From an uncultured Clostridia bacterium (GTDB lineage: Bacteria > Bacillota > Clostridia > Christensenellales > CAG-314), in contig CANQGO010000003.1 in the NCBI GenBank assembly GCA_947623225.1, forward strand, positions 15,349-79,348: a DNA stretch of 64,000 nucleotides, read 5' to 3'. Both the position numbers and the translations under genes were made by a program. Shown here piece after piece: positions 55,064 through 64,000 of the stretch. The notes below the pieces were generated by a model. The model saw only the letters and a list, made by a program, of their open reading frames with translations. It had not been told where the DNA came from and ran no database searches. The stretch's first letter is position 1, and every line of letters begins with the position of its first letter.

Positions 55064-58000
55064 TTATTCTTTATCGTCGTCATCGGCGTCGTCGTCATCA
55101 TCGTCGCCGAATAAATCTCCGAAGTCGTCATCATCGTCTTCGTCGTCGCCGTTGACAGCGTCCAGCAGATCGTTCAGACCGTTCTCGTCGAGGTTCTCGT
55201 CCGACTCGTCATCGGTCTCGCTCTCTTCTCCGCCGAACAGATCGTCGAGAGCACTCTCATCGTCATCAAACAGGCTATCCAGACTGAAGTCGTCGTCCTC
55301 GTCCGTGAAGCCTTGCTTGTCGGTGCCGCCCAGAGTGATATCGTCTTCTTCGTTGAAGTTGTGCATATCTGCCTTGCGGTCGTCGCGTTCTGCCTGCATG
55401 ACTTCGTTGTAGTCGGCTTCGTCATCGGTAGAGTCGCGGACGATAATCTCCTCCTTGTCGGGAGAGAGCACCTTGACATCCAATGCCAACGACTGCAGCT
55501 CTTTGATAAGCACCTTGAAGCTCTCGGGGATACCGGGATCGGGGATATTCTCGCCCTTGACGATGGCTTCGTACGTCTTGACGCGGCCTACCACGTCGTC
55601 CGACTTGACGGTCAATATCTCCTGCAACACATTGGCTGCGCCATACGCTTCCAATGCCCATACTTCCATCTCGCCGAAGCGTTGTCCGCCGAACTGCGCT
55701 TTGCCGCCCAGAGGCTGCTGCGTGACCAGGCTGTACGGTCCGGTGCTGCGTGCGTGTATCTTGTCGTCCACCAGGTGGACCAGTTTCAGGTAGTACATGT
55801 ATCCGACGGTGACTCTGTTCTCGAAGGGTTCGCCGGTACGTCCGTCGTACAGTTGGACTTTGCCGTCCACTTTGCCCGTTTCGGGATTGACCATGCCGTT
55901 TTCTTCGAACAGGCGACGTATCTCTTCCTCACTGGCTCCGTCAAATACGGGCGTAGCGATATTCCAGCCCAGCATCTTGGAGATGAGTCCCAGGTGTACT
56001 TCCAACACCTGACCTATATTCATACGGGAGGGCACGCCCAGCGGGTTCAGCACTATCTGCAACGGGGTGCCGTCTTCCATAAAGGGCATATCCTCTTCCG
56101 GCAGAATGCGCGATACCACGCCCTTGTTGCCGTGACGTCCCGCCATCTTGTCGCCGACGGAGATCTTTCTCTTCTGCGCGATATACACGCGTACCAATTT
56201 GCTCACGCCGGGATCCAACTCGTCGCGGTTCTCGCGGGTGAATACTTTCACGTCCACCACGATACCGCCTTCGCCGTTGGGAACTCTGAGGGAGGTGTCA
56301 CGCACCTCGCGTGCCTTCTCGGAGAAGATGGCGCGAAGCAGACGCTCTTCCGGAGTAAGGTCCGTCTCGCCCTTGGGGGTCACTTTGCCCACGAGGATAT
56401 CGCCGGGGTGCACTTCCGCACCTATACGCACGATACCGTCCTCGTCCAGATCCTTCAGCGCGTCATCGCCGACATTGGGGATATCGCGGGTGAATTCTTC
56501 CGGTCCGAGTTTGGTCTCGCGGCACTCTATCTCGTGCTCTTCTATGTGTATGGACGTGAAGGCGTCTTCTTTGACGAGCTTTTCACTCAGAAGTACTGCG
56601 TCTTCGTAGTTGTAGCCTTCCCACGTCATGAAGCCTATCATCATATTGCGGCCGAGAGCCAATTCGCCGCCGTCGGTGGACGGACCGTCTGCCAGCACTT
56701 GTCCCTTGGTCACGCGATCGCCCTGCTTGACTATGATCTTCTGGTTGATGCAGGTGCCCTGGTTGCTGCGCACGAACTTCTTCAGCGTGTACTCTTTCAA
56801 CGAGCCGTTGTCGTGCTGCACTATTATCTTGTTGTCCGAGGCCTTCATCACCACGCCGTCATCTTCGGATATGATCATGACGCCGCTGTCGTATGCTATA
56901 CGCGCCTCGATACCGGTAGCCACTATGGGTGCTTCCGGACTGATGAGCGGCACCGCCTGACGTTGCATGTTACTGCCCATCAATGCTCTGTTGGTGTCGT
57001 CGTTTTCCAGGAAGGGAATGAGGCTCGTAGCGACGGATATCAGCTGACGCGGACTCACGTCGATATAGTCCACTCTCTCGCGCGGGAATTCCAATATCTC
57101 CTCGCGGCGGCGGCAGGTGATACGCTCTCTCTCGAAGTATCCTCTGTCGTCCAGCGGCTCATTCGCCTGTCCGATGATATACTTGTCTTCTTCATCCGCA
57201 GACAGATACTCCACCGTGTCCGTGACCGTCTTGTGTATCTTGTCCACTCTGCGGTACGGTGCCTCGATGAAGCCGTATTCGTTGATACGCGCATATCCGG
57301 CAAGGGAGGTGATCAGACCTATATTTTGTCCTTCGGGAGTCTCTATCGGGCACATTCTGCCGTAGTGCGTGTAGTGCACGTCACGTACTTCGAATGTGGC
57401 GCGGTCACGATTCAGTCCGCCGGGACCCAGTGCGGAGAGTTTACGCTTGTGCGTCAGCTCGGCAATGGGGTTGGACTGGTCCATGAACTGAGAAAGTTGG
57501 CTGGAACCGAAGAATTCCTTGATGGCACTGGATACGGGACGCACGTTGATGAGCGACTGCGGCGTAGCCTTGCCCGGTTCCTGTATAGCCATACGCTCGC
57601 GTATGACTCTCTCCAGACGGCTGATACCGATACGGAATTGGTTCTGGAGCAATTCGCCTATGCTGCGTACACGGCGGTTGCCCAGGTGGTCGATATCGTC
57701 CGCACTGCCTATGCCGTACTTCAGCCCGAGATTGTAGTTCACCGTGGCGATGATATCCGCACGGGTTATATGCTTGCTTATAAGCTCGTCACGACGGCTG
57801 CGTATGAGTGCCGCAGTATCCTCCGCTGACAACTCGGAGCCGAGTATCTCTCTCAATACGACGCTGTCCACCGCCTCGTACAGTCCCAGACCCTTGTAGT
57901 CTATATCCGCAAAACGCATATCCTGCGTGACGGCAAACAGCCTCGCGTCTACCGTGCGGTTGCCTATCACCTTGACGCAGGGGCACTCCTTTGCCAGTAC

Positions 58001-59476
58001 GAGTACGTTGGCGACATCCGACTTGTAGATATTGTAACCGTTATCGTAAGCGATCTGAGCCGCATCGGATACGAGGACCTGACTCTTCTTCTCCTCGTAG
58101 GCGGACTGCGCCATGTCGGCAAGCACTCTGCCGCTGACGTCTATCTTGCCGTCGCCTATATGCAACTCGCCCTTCTCGCACATGATCACGGCGCCCAGCC
58201 GCTGGCTGAGGAACTGCGCATACTCTTCCGCCGAATGAGCGGACGTGCCGTCGAATACCTGCGTATACGACTGACGGGCTATATACACCTCGTTGATACC
58301 GCTGTGACGTATGTCAAAGGCTTCGGACTCGGAAATGACCGTACCTGCCGGTATGGTGCGACGGCAAGGTACCGTGACCTGCTCGTCCAGATATCCGCCC
58401 ACCGCTACGGAGTAGAATGCGTCACTGTCGGACACGGGCACTTCCACCGTGCAGCCGTGCTCGTCCAGTATCTTGATACCGTGCACGATCCCGCACTTGG
58501 CTATCTGCTCCGCCTGCTCACGCGTGAGACAGGTGTATTTGGCAAAAGTGAGCAAGCCAACTTCCACGTCGCGAGCCAGCGTCAGCCCCTTGATACGGGC
58601 GGAGATGGCAAGCTTCTTGTTGAACTTGTAGCGGCCCACACGCGCCAGGTCATATCTGTGCGCGTCGAAGAGCAGGTCGTTCAGCGTCTTCTGCACCGAC
58701 TCGTCGGTAGGTATCTCGCCCGGACGCAGACGCCGGTATATCTCTATGAGAGATTCCTGATCCGTGGCAGTGTCGTCCTTGGCAAAGGTCAGCGCGAGCA
58801 CCGGGTCGTACTCGAACAGCTCGGCAATGTAGTTGCCGCTGCAGCTGTCTCCGCCTACCCCGTTGTGCAATATACCGCGCAGCAGCACCGTGATGGGCAA
58901 CTTGCGGTTGCGGTCGATATGTACATACAGCACATTGGCATTGCTGTCATGCTCTATCTCCAACCAGGCTCCGCGGCTGGGCATAGCCGTAGTGTTGTAC
59001 ACCGGCTTGCCATTCTTGTCCTGCAATATCTCGCAGTAGACGCCGGGCGAACGCACCAACTGCGACACGATAACGCGCTCGGCACCGTTGATGATGAAAC
59101 TGCCCGTATTGGTCATAAGCGGAAAGTCGCCCATGAATACGTCCTGTACCACCGCTTCGCCCGTGCCCTTGTTGGTCAGGCACACCTTCAGCCGCAGCGG
59201 AGCGGCATACGTGGCGTCACGCGTACGGCATTCCTCTTCGGAATACTTGGGCGTGGGGTCGATATGGTGGTCCAGAAAGTCCAGACGGAAGTGTCCCGCG
59301 AAGTCCTCGATGGGCGAGAAGTCCTCGAATACTTCCTGTATGCCCTGCTCGATGAACATTCTGTAGCTGGACTTCTGCACCTCTATCAGGTTGGGCAGAG
59401 GCAGCACTTCCCTCGTCTTGGAAAACGACTTTCTTTCGTGGTTTCCGTATTTTTCGATCTTGATGTCTTGTGCCAT
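55064..59476 (-). CDS. rpoB: DNA-directed RNA polymerase subunit beta, with a lineage-specific insertion and a polyacidic C-terminal tail (1470 aa)
   Basis: I start at ATG 59476 ([20 protein letters not shown]...; GAGGAG upstream). The track ORF extension to 59656 is non-coding. Conserved blocks include [66 protein letters not shown] and [18 protein letters not shown]. Confidence 0.98.
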   Translation of the reverse strand: MAQDIKIEKYGNHERKSFSKTREVLPLPNLIEVQKSSYRMFIEQGIQEVFEDFSPIEDFAGHFRLDFLDHHIDPTPKYSEEECRTRDATYAAPLRLKVCLTNKGTGEAVVQDVFMGDFPLMTNTGSFIINGAERVIVSQLVRSPGVYCEILQDKNGKPVYNTTAMPSRGAWLEIEHDSNANVLYVHIDRNRKLPITVLLRGILHNGVGGDSCSGNYIAELFEYDPVLALTFAKDDTATDQESLIEIYRRLRPGEIPTDESVQKTLNDLLFDAHRYDLARVGRYKFNKKLAISARIKGLTLARDVEVGLLTFAKYTCLTREQAEQIAKCGIVHGIKILDEHGCTVEVPVSDSDAFYSVAVGGYLDEQVTVPCRRTIPAGTVISESEAFDIRHSGINEVYIARQSYTQVFDGTSAHSAEEYAQFLSQRLGAVIMCEKGELHIGDGKIDVSGRVLADMAQSAYEEKKSQVLVSDAAQIAYDNGYNIYKSDVANVLVLAKECPCVKVIGNRTVDARLFAVTQDMRFADIDYKGLGLYEAVDSVVLREILGSELSAEDTAALIRSRRDELISKHITRADIIATVNYNLGLKYGIGSADDIDHLGNRRVRSIGELLQNQFRIGISRLERVIRERMAIQEPGKATPQSLINVRPVSSAIKEFFGSSQLSQFMDQSNPIAELTHKRKLSALGPGGLNRDRATFEVRDVHYTHYGRMCPIETPEGQNIGLITSLAGYARINEYGFIEAPYRRVDKIHKTVTDTVEYLSADEEDKYIIGQANEPLDDRGYFERERITCRRREEILEFPRERVDYIDVSPRQLISVATSLIPFLENDDTNRALMGSNMQRQAVPLISPEAPIVATGIEARIAYDSGVMIISEDDGVVMKASDNKIIVQHDNGSLKEYTLKKFVRSNQGTCINQKIIVKQGDRVTKGQVLADGPSTDGGELALGRNMMIGFMTWEGYNYEDAVLLSEKLVKEDAFTSIHIEEHEIECRETKLGPEEFTRDIPNVGDDALKDLDEDGIVRIGAEVHPGDILVGKVTPKGETDLTPEERLLRAIFSEKAREVRDTSLRVPNGEGGIVVDVKVFTRENRDELDPGVSKLVRVYIAQKRKISVGDKMAGRHGNKGVVSRILPEEDMPFMEDGTPLQIVLNPLGVPSRMNIGQVLEVHLGLISKMLGWNIATPVFDGASEEEIRRLFEENGMVNPETGKVDGKVQLYDGRTGEPFENRVTVGYMYYLKLVHLVDDKIHARSTGPYSLVTQQPLGGKAQFGGQRFGEMEVWALEAYGAANVLQEILTVKSDDVVGRVKTYEAIVKGENIPDPGIPESFKVLIKELQSLALDVKVLSPDKEEIIVRDSTDDEADYNEVMQAERDDRKADMHNFNEEDDITLGGTDKQGFTDEDDDFSLDSLFDDDESALDDLFGGEESETDDESDENLDENGLNDLLDAVNGDDEDDDDDFGDLFGDDDDDDADDDDKE

Positions 59477-59634
59477 ACAAAACTCCTCAATAAATTTTTT
59501 TCCGAAAATTTGGCAAAAATTGTTGCAAACTTGCCCGCAATATGGTATCGTGAAAACACAACGACATATTTTCGACGAAATTTCCCGCAAAAAAAGCGCA
59601 AAATTTCCCCTAAGGGCACATATACACAAAGTAT

Positions 59635-59663
59635 ATAATAGCACTTTTGCCGTCAACAGTCAA
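59635..59663 (-). promoter_or_regulatory. Sigma-A promoter (extended -10) for rpoB-rpoC
   Basis: Minus strand reads TTGACT (59663-59658), 17 nt ending TGC, TATTAT (59640-59635). This implies a leader of about 150 nt. Confidence 0.5.
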
Positions 59664-59805
59664 AATTATGTGAGTAATAGTACTAAAAAATAAATATAAA
59701 AATATTTTTTCACTTTTGGTGCGGTCCCGTAGTCGGAGCCGCATTTGTTTTGCCCCGCGATCGCACCCGGGCGCGGAGAAGTGGACAGATATATTGTTTT
59801 GCGGC

Positions 59806-59837
59806 AAAAAAGTCCCGAACTCGACCGAGTTCGGGAC
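59806..59837 (-). terminator. Rho-independent terminator after the partial giant gene
   Basis: Minus strand reads GTCCCGAACTCG GT CGAGTTCGGGAC (12-bp stem) followed by TTTTTT. Confidence 0.8.
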
Positions 59838-59854
59838 TTTGTGCTTGGTTTGAC

Positions 59855-62800
59855 TTATTGCTTGGTCACCGTCAGGGTGAAGTTGGCTCCGAAGCGTACC
59901 GTGATGAGGTACGTCGTGCCGTCGGGCAACGCCACGGTGAAGGAGTTGGTGCCTTCCGCCGCCGTGAAGGTGGCTTCGGACTGCAAGGTCGTGCCGACGG
60001 AGAAAGTGAGAATGTATCTGACTCTGAACCCGCCGTCGAGGGAGTACAGGAATCGTATGCTGTACTCGCCGCCCTGATACGCCTCCGCGTAGTTGTAGGT
60101 GCCCTCTATGGTCACGCCGTCTACAAGACGGTCCTCTCCGTAGGAGATATCGAATACGTACGCTTCATATGTGTACACGCCCGAGGTGGTATTGAGCACC
60201 TGCCGCACCAGCGCGGCTTTGGCTCCGCCTTCTATCGCCGACTGGAACGTGGTCGTAGTCACGCCGTCCTCCGGCAAGGAGATACGCACTATATCGTACC
60301 GGTCATACCCGTTGAACATGGTCACCGCGCTCCACAGCTGCATGATGGTCACTTCGCCTGCGGCTATCGTGAAGTTCTTCTCCACCGTCACGGCGCACAG
60401 GATCATCTCCATATTCGCCTGGTCGAGATACAGCCACAGCGTGTACTCCACCCCGTCGCCTGCCGTCGCCTTGCAGCGATAGCCGTTGCCGTAGTGGAAG
60501 TCGTACATATCCACGGGCCGTATCATGTCGTCGTATGAGCCGGTAGCGGTGAATGTATCGCCTGCGGAGTCGGATATATACCCCAGACTGAATACAAGTT
60601 CCTTGTTCCCCACCACTATGGGACCTACCCGACGCGCGTCTATGGTGAGCGTGCTGCCCTCGTGCTCGCTGTCGGAATATTCGCCCGACAGCCCGCCCGG
60701 GATTATATCGAAATGTCCGCCATTGCCGTCATAGTGCAACGTAACGGGATACGTCTCCGCTATCGAGTCCATAGCACCGCTCAGATACGTCAATATCACC
60801 GAAATACCGTCTCGCGTGTAGCTCACGGATATATTGAAGCCCGTGTCTATGCCGTTGACCGTCGCCGCCGTGCCGAATACGGCTCCGTTCGGACGGAAAC
60901 TCAACGTCAACTCCGCGCCGAATGAGCTGTTGACGAAACTCAGCACTCCGCCGTCGTAGCGGTAGTACGTCTTGGCGTTCCACACGTACGTCTCAGCGGA
61001 AGGTATGGGATAGGTCAGCTTGGCACTGCCGTCCAGCGGATAGGCGACCAATCCCGCCTGCTCCGCCACTATATAGCACTGCTTGCCGTCCACCGTCAGG
61101 AATACCCCGTCGGACACAAAGGACGAGAAGTCCTCCGCGTAGTAGGCGAATACGTGCTCCACCTCCGTCAGACGGAATGTCTTGGTCGCATTGTCCAGCA
61201 CGAATATGCGTGACATGCCCATCGCACCGAAGTATCCGTACCCCTTGTCCTCGTCGAATATGACCGTGTAGCCCTCGTACACTCTGCCGTAGTTGTCCAC
61301 ATACGTGCCCCCGCCGAAGCCGTCCAGATCCAGACTGGACCAGTCGTCCTCGTTCATGTACAGATGGTCGTCGTCGGGATCGTACAGGTAGTACACATAC
61401 ACGTCCTCTCCGCCGTCGGACTCGTAGCCCAGACGGAATATGAAACTCTGCGTCGCCGAGTTGTAACGGTATGCGTCCAACTCCTCTACGCGCACATACG
61501 TGCCTTCGTCCGCTATCGCACCGCCGCGGTACAGCGTCGCTTTGCCTCCGCCGCCCAGCCTCAGCGTGGTATCGGCGTGAGTGTTCTCACCGTCGAAGAA
61601 GCGGTAGTCGCCGAATGTCAGCGAGTAGGGTACCAGTCTGTCGTCTATCAGTTCGAAATAGAAGTGCGTGTCGGTGGCGACATAGTTGCCGTACGCGCCC
61701 GTAGGCTCATACACCCAGAAGTGCACCGCATTGGCTCCATTGATACCGTTGGTGAAGGACGGTCCCGTGTCGCCGCCGTAGATGGTGCCCAGATACATGT
61801 TGCCCGAGTACCTCTCGCCGTTCCGGTCGGTGTACACCGCCATCTCCCCGGGATACCCGAGACTGCTTATGTGTCCGCCGCCCACCACGTCGAAGTCGCC
61901 TACTCTGTGCGGTATGCGACGCTGGTACAGCGGATATACGTACACGTTGCCGAGGCTGTCCATCATCACATTCGTGTCGGATACCAATATGCGGTTGATC
62001 TCGGTGGTACCGTTGTAGAAGGAACCGCCCTCATTCGTGCGCACCGTGTACTCCTTGTACAGCGGCGTCCAACTCTCCGTGCGCGTGTACTTGCCCTCCG
62101 TCACCGTCGTAGCGGTGCCCGTCAGCGTGTCCACCAGATACAGCAGAGCATTGCCCCGTCCGTCGAATACGAAGTACGCATACAGGCTGAGCAGTTGGTT
62201 GTCGTTCATCTCGTACCAATACCCCGCATCCTGCGTTCCCGTCACGTCCGTGACCTTCTCGCCGTCGTTGTAGAATATATACCTCGTGCCGTTGTCGGCA
62301 GTGAAGTATATCAGACACTCCATGTCCGACGTCACCACGCCCGTCACGTTAGCACTACCGCTATTGTAGGTGTACTTGCCGTAGCCGTCGGATATGAGAT
62401 TGCTCAGCCCGTACGGATCCGTCATACGCGGTACGAAGTAGTATTCGTCCCCTTCCGTGCCGCTATTCTGTACCAATTTGTAACGGAATCTGTTCCAGCC
62501 GTCCAGGTCGCTCTCGACGAATTCCTCTCTCAGCCACTCCGTGAGTACGAAGTCGTACTGGTCGCTCGTGCCTTCCACCGCCGTCACGCTGCCCTCGCCA
62601 ATGTAACGGAACAGGTCGCCGCTCAGCATCAAGCCGAGATACGTCTTGTCCCCTACCGTGAGCAGCCGCACTATATAGTATCCGTCCACGCGGTCCTCGT
62701 CACGCATGTCTATGACGTCGCCGCGCTGCACTTCCACGAATGTGCCGTCCGCCAGCCGCACGTAGTTGCGCCTGTACACCTCGTCGTTGCCTATGGGGAT

Positions 62801-64000
62801 ATTGAATATATAGTAGTCCACATACCCCAGCGTGTAGCCGTAGGATATGGGTATATCCTCCTCTCCGTCGTTGTAGAACGCTCTGCCCTCTTCCGTGTTC
62901 AGAGTAATGTCCTCGTCCACCTCCACGGCATTCGTCTGTCCGAATATCTGCGTCAGTACGCCCTCTTCCAGAGAGAAACGGAAACTGCCGTCCGTGAGCC
63001 TGCCGGAAGCGTCCACGCTGCCGAACAGATACGTCCCGTCATCCTGCTTGGTGACGCTGCTCACGAAGTCGGTGTACAATATGTACGCATACTCTCCCGT
63101 GCCCACGGTGCTGTACGCCGTCCACATCTCCGCCTCGCCGTTCTCGAAGATATATACAAATCCCTCGAACCAGGTCCCCAGCAGATATATGTTGCCGAAG
63201 TCATGCCTGCCGTAGTCGTACCCTTCCGACATATCCTCCGGCGCGATCGTGCGGTCCGTCTCGAAATCGCCGTACTCCGTATCCATACGGAAGTACCGCA
63301 CCACTCTGTCGTTGCCTACGAAGCGCACCAGGTCGTAGTCCGCCGATACGTCTCCGCCCGTTTCCTCGTCCTCGTACACATACAGCCAGGTGATGAGCGT
63401 GTACTCGCCCTCTATCTCGCCGAAGCGTCCGCTGCCGAAGCCGTCCAGGTACAGTTCCGCGTCCGTGCCTTCCCACTTGTCGTAGTATATGCCACGTACG
63501 CCGTCGTCACGGTCCAGTATGCCCTTGAACTCTATATCCTTGTACGAGAGAGTGCCGTTGCGGTACACCATGTCGTCGTACCCATCGAGCGTGGGCAGCG
63601 GCTTGGTCTCCGTGTCCGTGTTGAATACCATCTCAAACAGTATCCCCGCCGCGTCCCGAGTGTACGCCAGGAAGAATCCATTCTCCTCCTGCCACTCGTA
63701 GTATCCGCTCAACTCCACTATGCGTATACTGCCCATCTGGTATTCGTAGTTGACGTCGTTGTAGAAGTAGGTCAACCCGCCCAAGCCGTCCAGGTATACA
63801 AAGTGGTTGTCTCTCAGTACGTAGTAGCCCTCTTCCTGCTCGTTCTGCCGCCGATAGAGCACGCTGCCGTCGCTGTTACTCTCAAACAGGTTAAAGAGGA
63901 AAGTATTCTCCTCGTCCTCCTCCGTCGGCTCGAAGCGGAAATATCCCGTATCGAGGTCCACCGTATAGGAGCCGGCGATCTCCTCTCCGCCGTGCGTGTA
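59855..64000 (-). CDS. Giant surface protein, 3' part only (at least 1381 aa in the window), paralogous to the 1998-aa lipoprotein
   Basis: The frame stays open to the window edge. The track 'start' at 63961 is only an in-frame GTG. It has the same Tyr/Gly/Asp-rich composition and motifs (LYLDGFGSGRFGEIEGEYT, LDLDGFGGGTYVDNYGRVYEGYT, FVFDGRGNALLYL). Its C-terminus, EGTNSFTVALPDGTTYLITVRF, is alignable to EGNTFTFSHGGKTYTVTVTM of the 1998-aa protein. Confidence 0.85.
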   Translation of the reverse strand, partial: YTHGGEEIAGSYTVDLDTGYFRFEPTEEDEENTFLFNLFESNSDGSVLYRRQNEQEEGYYVLRDNHFVYLDGLGGLTYFYNDVNYEYQMGSIRIVELSGYYEWQEENGFFLAYTRDAAGILFEMVFNTDTETKPLPTLDGYDDMVYRNGTLSYKDIEFKGILDRDDGVRGIYYDKWEGTDAELYLDGFGSGRFGEIEGEYTLITWLYVYEDEETGGDVSADYDLVRFVGNDRVVRYFRMDTEYGDFETDRTIAPEDMSEGYDYGRHDFGNIYLLGTWFEGFVYIFENGEAEMWTAYSTVGTGEYAYILYTDFVSSVTKQDDGTYLFGSVDASGRLTDGSFRFSLEEGVLTQIFGQTNAVEVDEDITLNTEEGRAFYNDGEEDIPISYGYTLGYVDYYIFNIPIGNDEVYRRNYVRLADGTFVEVQRGDVIDMRDEDRVDGYYIVRLLTVGDKTYLGLMLSGDLFRYIGEGSVTAVEGTSDQYDFVLTEWLREEFVESDLDGWNRFRYKLVQNSGTEGDEYYFVPRMTDPYGLSNLISDGYGKYTYNSGSANVTGVVTSDMECLIYFTADNGTRYIFYNDGEKVTDVTGTQDAGYWYEMNDNQLLSLYAYFVFDGRGNALLYLVDTLTGTATTVTEGKYTRTESWTPLYKEYTVRTNEGGSFYNGTTEINRILVSDTNVMMDSLGNVYVYPLYQRRIPHRVGDFDVVGGGHISSLGYPGEMAVYTDRNGERYSGNMYLGTIYGGDTGPSFTNGINGANAVHFWVYEPTGAYGNYVATDTHFYFELIDDRLVPYSLTFGDYRFFDGENTHADTTLRLGGGGKATLYRGGAIADEGTYVRVEELDAYRYNSATQSFIFRLGYESDGGEDVYVYYLYDPDDDHLYMNEDDWSSLDLDGFGGGTYVDNYGRVYEGYTVIFDEDKGYGYFGAMGMSRIFVLDNATKTFRLTEVEHVFAYYAEDFSSFVSDGVFLTVDGKQCYIVAEQAGLVAYPLDGSAKLTYPIPSAETYVWNAKTYYRYDGGVLSFVNSSFGAELTLSFRPNGAVFGTAATVNGIDTGFNISVSYTRDGISVILTYLSGAMDSIAETYPVTLHYDGNGGHFDIIPGGLSGEYSDSEHEGSTLTIDARRVGPIVVGNKELVFSLGYISDSAGDTFTATGSYDDMIRPVDMYDFHYGNGYRCKATAGDGVEYTLWLYLDQANMEMILCAVTVEKNFTIAAGEVTIMQLWSAVTMFNGYDRYDIVRISLPEDGVTTTTFQSAIEGGAKAALVRQVLNTTSGVYTYEAYVFDISYGEDRLVDGVTIEGTYNYAEAYQGGEYSIRFLYSLDGGFRVRYILTFSVGTTLQSEATFTAAEGTNSFTVALPDGTTYLITVRFGANFTLTVTKQ

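Noticed and set aside
55064-55200. Resemblance of the RpoB tail end ([11 protein letters not shown]) to the conserved C-terminal peptide of archaeal and eukaryotic ribosomal stalk P proteins (…DDDMGFGLFD).
   Set aside because: The match is short and dominated by Asp/Gly/Phe composition. Bacterial translation GTPases use the L7/L12 C-terminal domain instead. I consider it most likely coincidental and have no way to test significance here.
59477-59656. N-terminal extensions of track ORFs: rpoB to 59656, the subtilase to 33813, the 186-aa lipoprotein to 25975, the P-II-like gene to 41240, DUF1538 to 42739, rpsG to 47180, oppF to 17231 and the LRR gene to 51085.
   Set aside because: In each case an internal ATG or TTG with a proper SD begins the recognisable protein (a signal peptide or a conserved N-terminus). 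The upstream residues overlap a promoter, a leader or the neighbouring gene and look non-protein-like.

Overview
This is a chromosomal window of Bacillota (Firmicutes) type. I call 37 CDS, 35 of them on the minus strand, so transcription runs right to left. I recognised no rRNA, tRNA, CRISPR array, transposase or integrase.

Layout:
1. 1-15.6 kb: a pectin/hexuronate island. It holds an LplB-like permease, a CE8 pectinesterase, uxaC-uxaA-uxaB, an MsmX-type ATPase, kduI, an unassigned TIM-barrel gene, kdgK, an eda-VOC fusion, kduD, an AEC transporter and a GH4 enzyme. A 16-nt box recurs upstream of four of its transcription units.
2. 15.7-33.8 kb: about 18 kb with no terminator that I can see. 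The order is a 2627-aa cell-envelope subtilase (I9 propeptide, S8 with a PA insert, Fn3-like module, two Big_2 modules, a ~780-aa BspA-type LRR array, a helical stalk and a C-terminal TM helix), then two lipoproteins, then an Opp/Dpp-type ABC importer in which every component carries non-canonical additions, then a small tail-anchored protein.
3. 34.0-40.0 kb: a 1998-aa lipoprotein with its own promoter and terminator.
4. 40.2-43.1 kb: a fused DUF1538 membrane protein, two P-II-like proteins and a divergent small XRE regulator.
5. 43.1-59.5 kb: tuf, fusA, rpsG, rpsL, an L7Ae-like gene, rpoC and rpoB. A self-contained 967-aa LRR lipoprotein cassette sits between rpoC and the L7Ae gene. RpoB carries a large internal insertion and a 133-aa polyacidic tail.
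6. 59.9-64.0 kb: the 3' part of another giant gene, paralogous to the 1998-aa protein, lying where rplJL would normally precede rpoB.

The best candidate for an undescribed system is the subtilase + lipoproteins + expanded peptide-type ABC importer operon, read as one capture-cleave-import unit, together with the family of giant lipoproteins built from LxLDGxGxG...GxY modules.

All calls come from reading the translations and DNA by eye. No database search or computation was run. Hand-derived coordinates for promoters and hairpins may be off by 1-2 nt.
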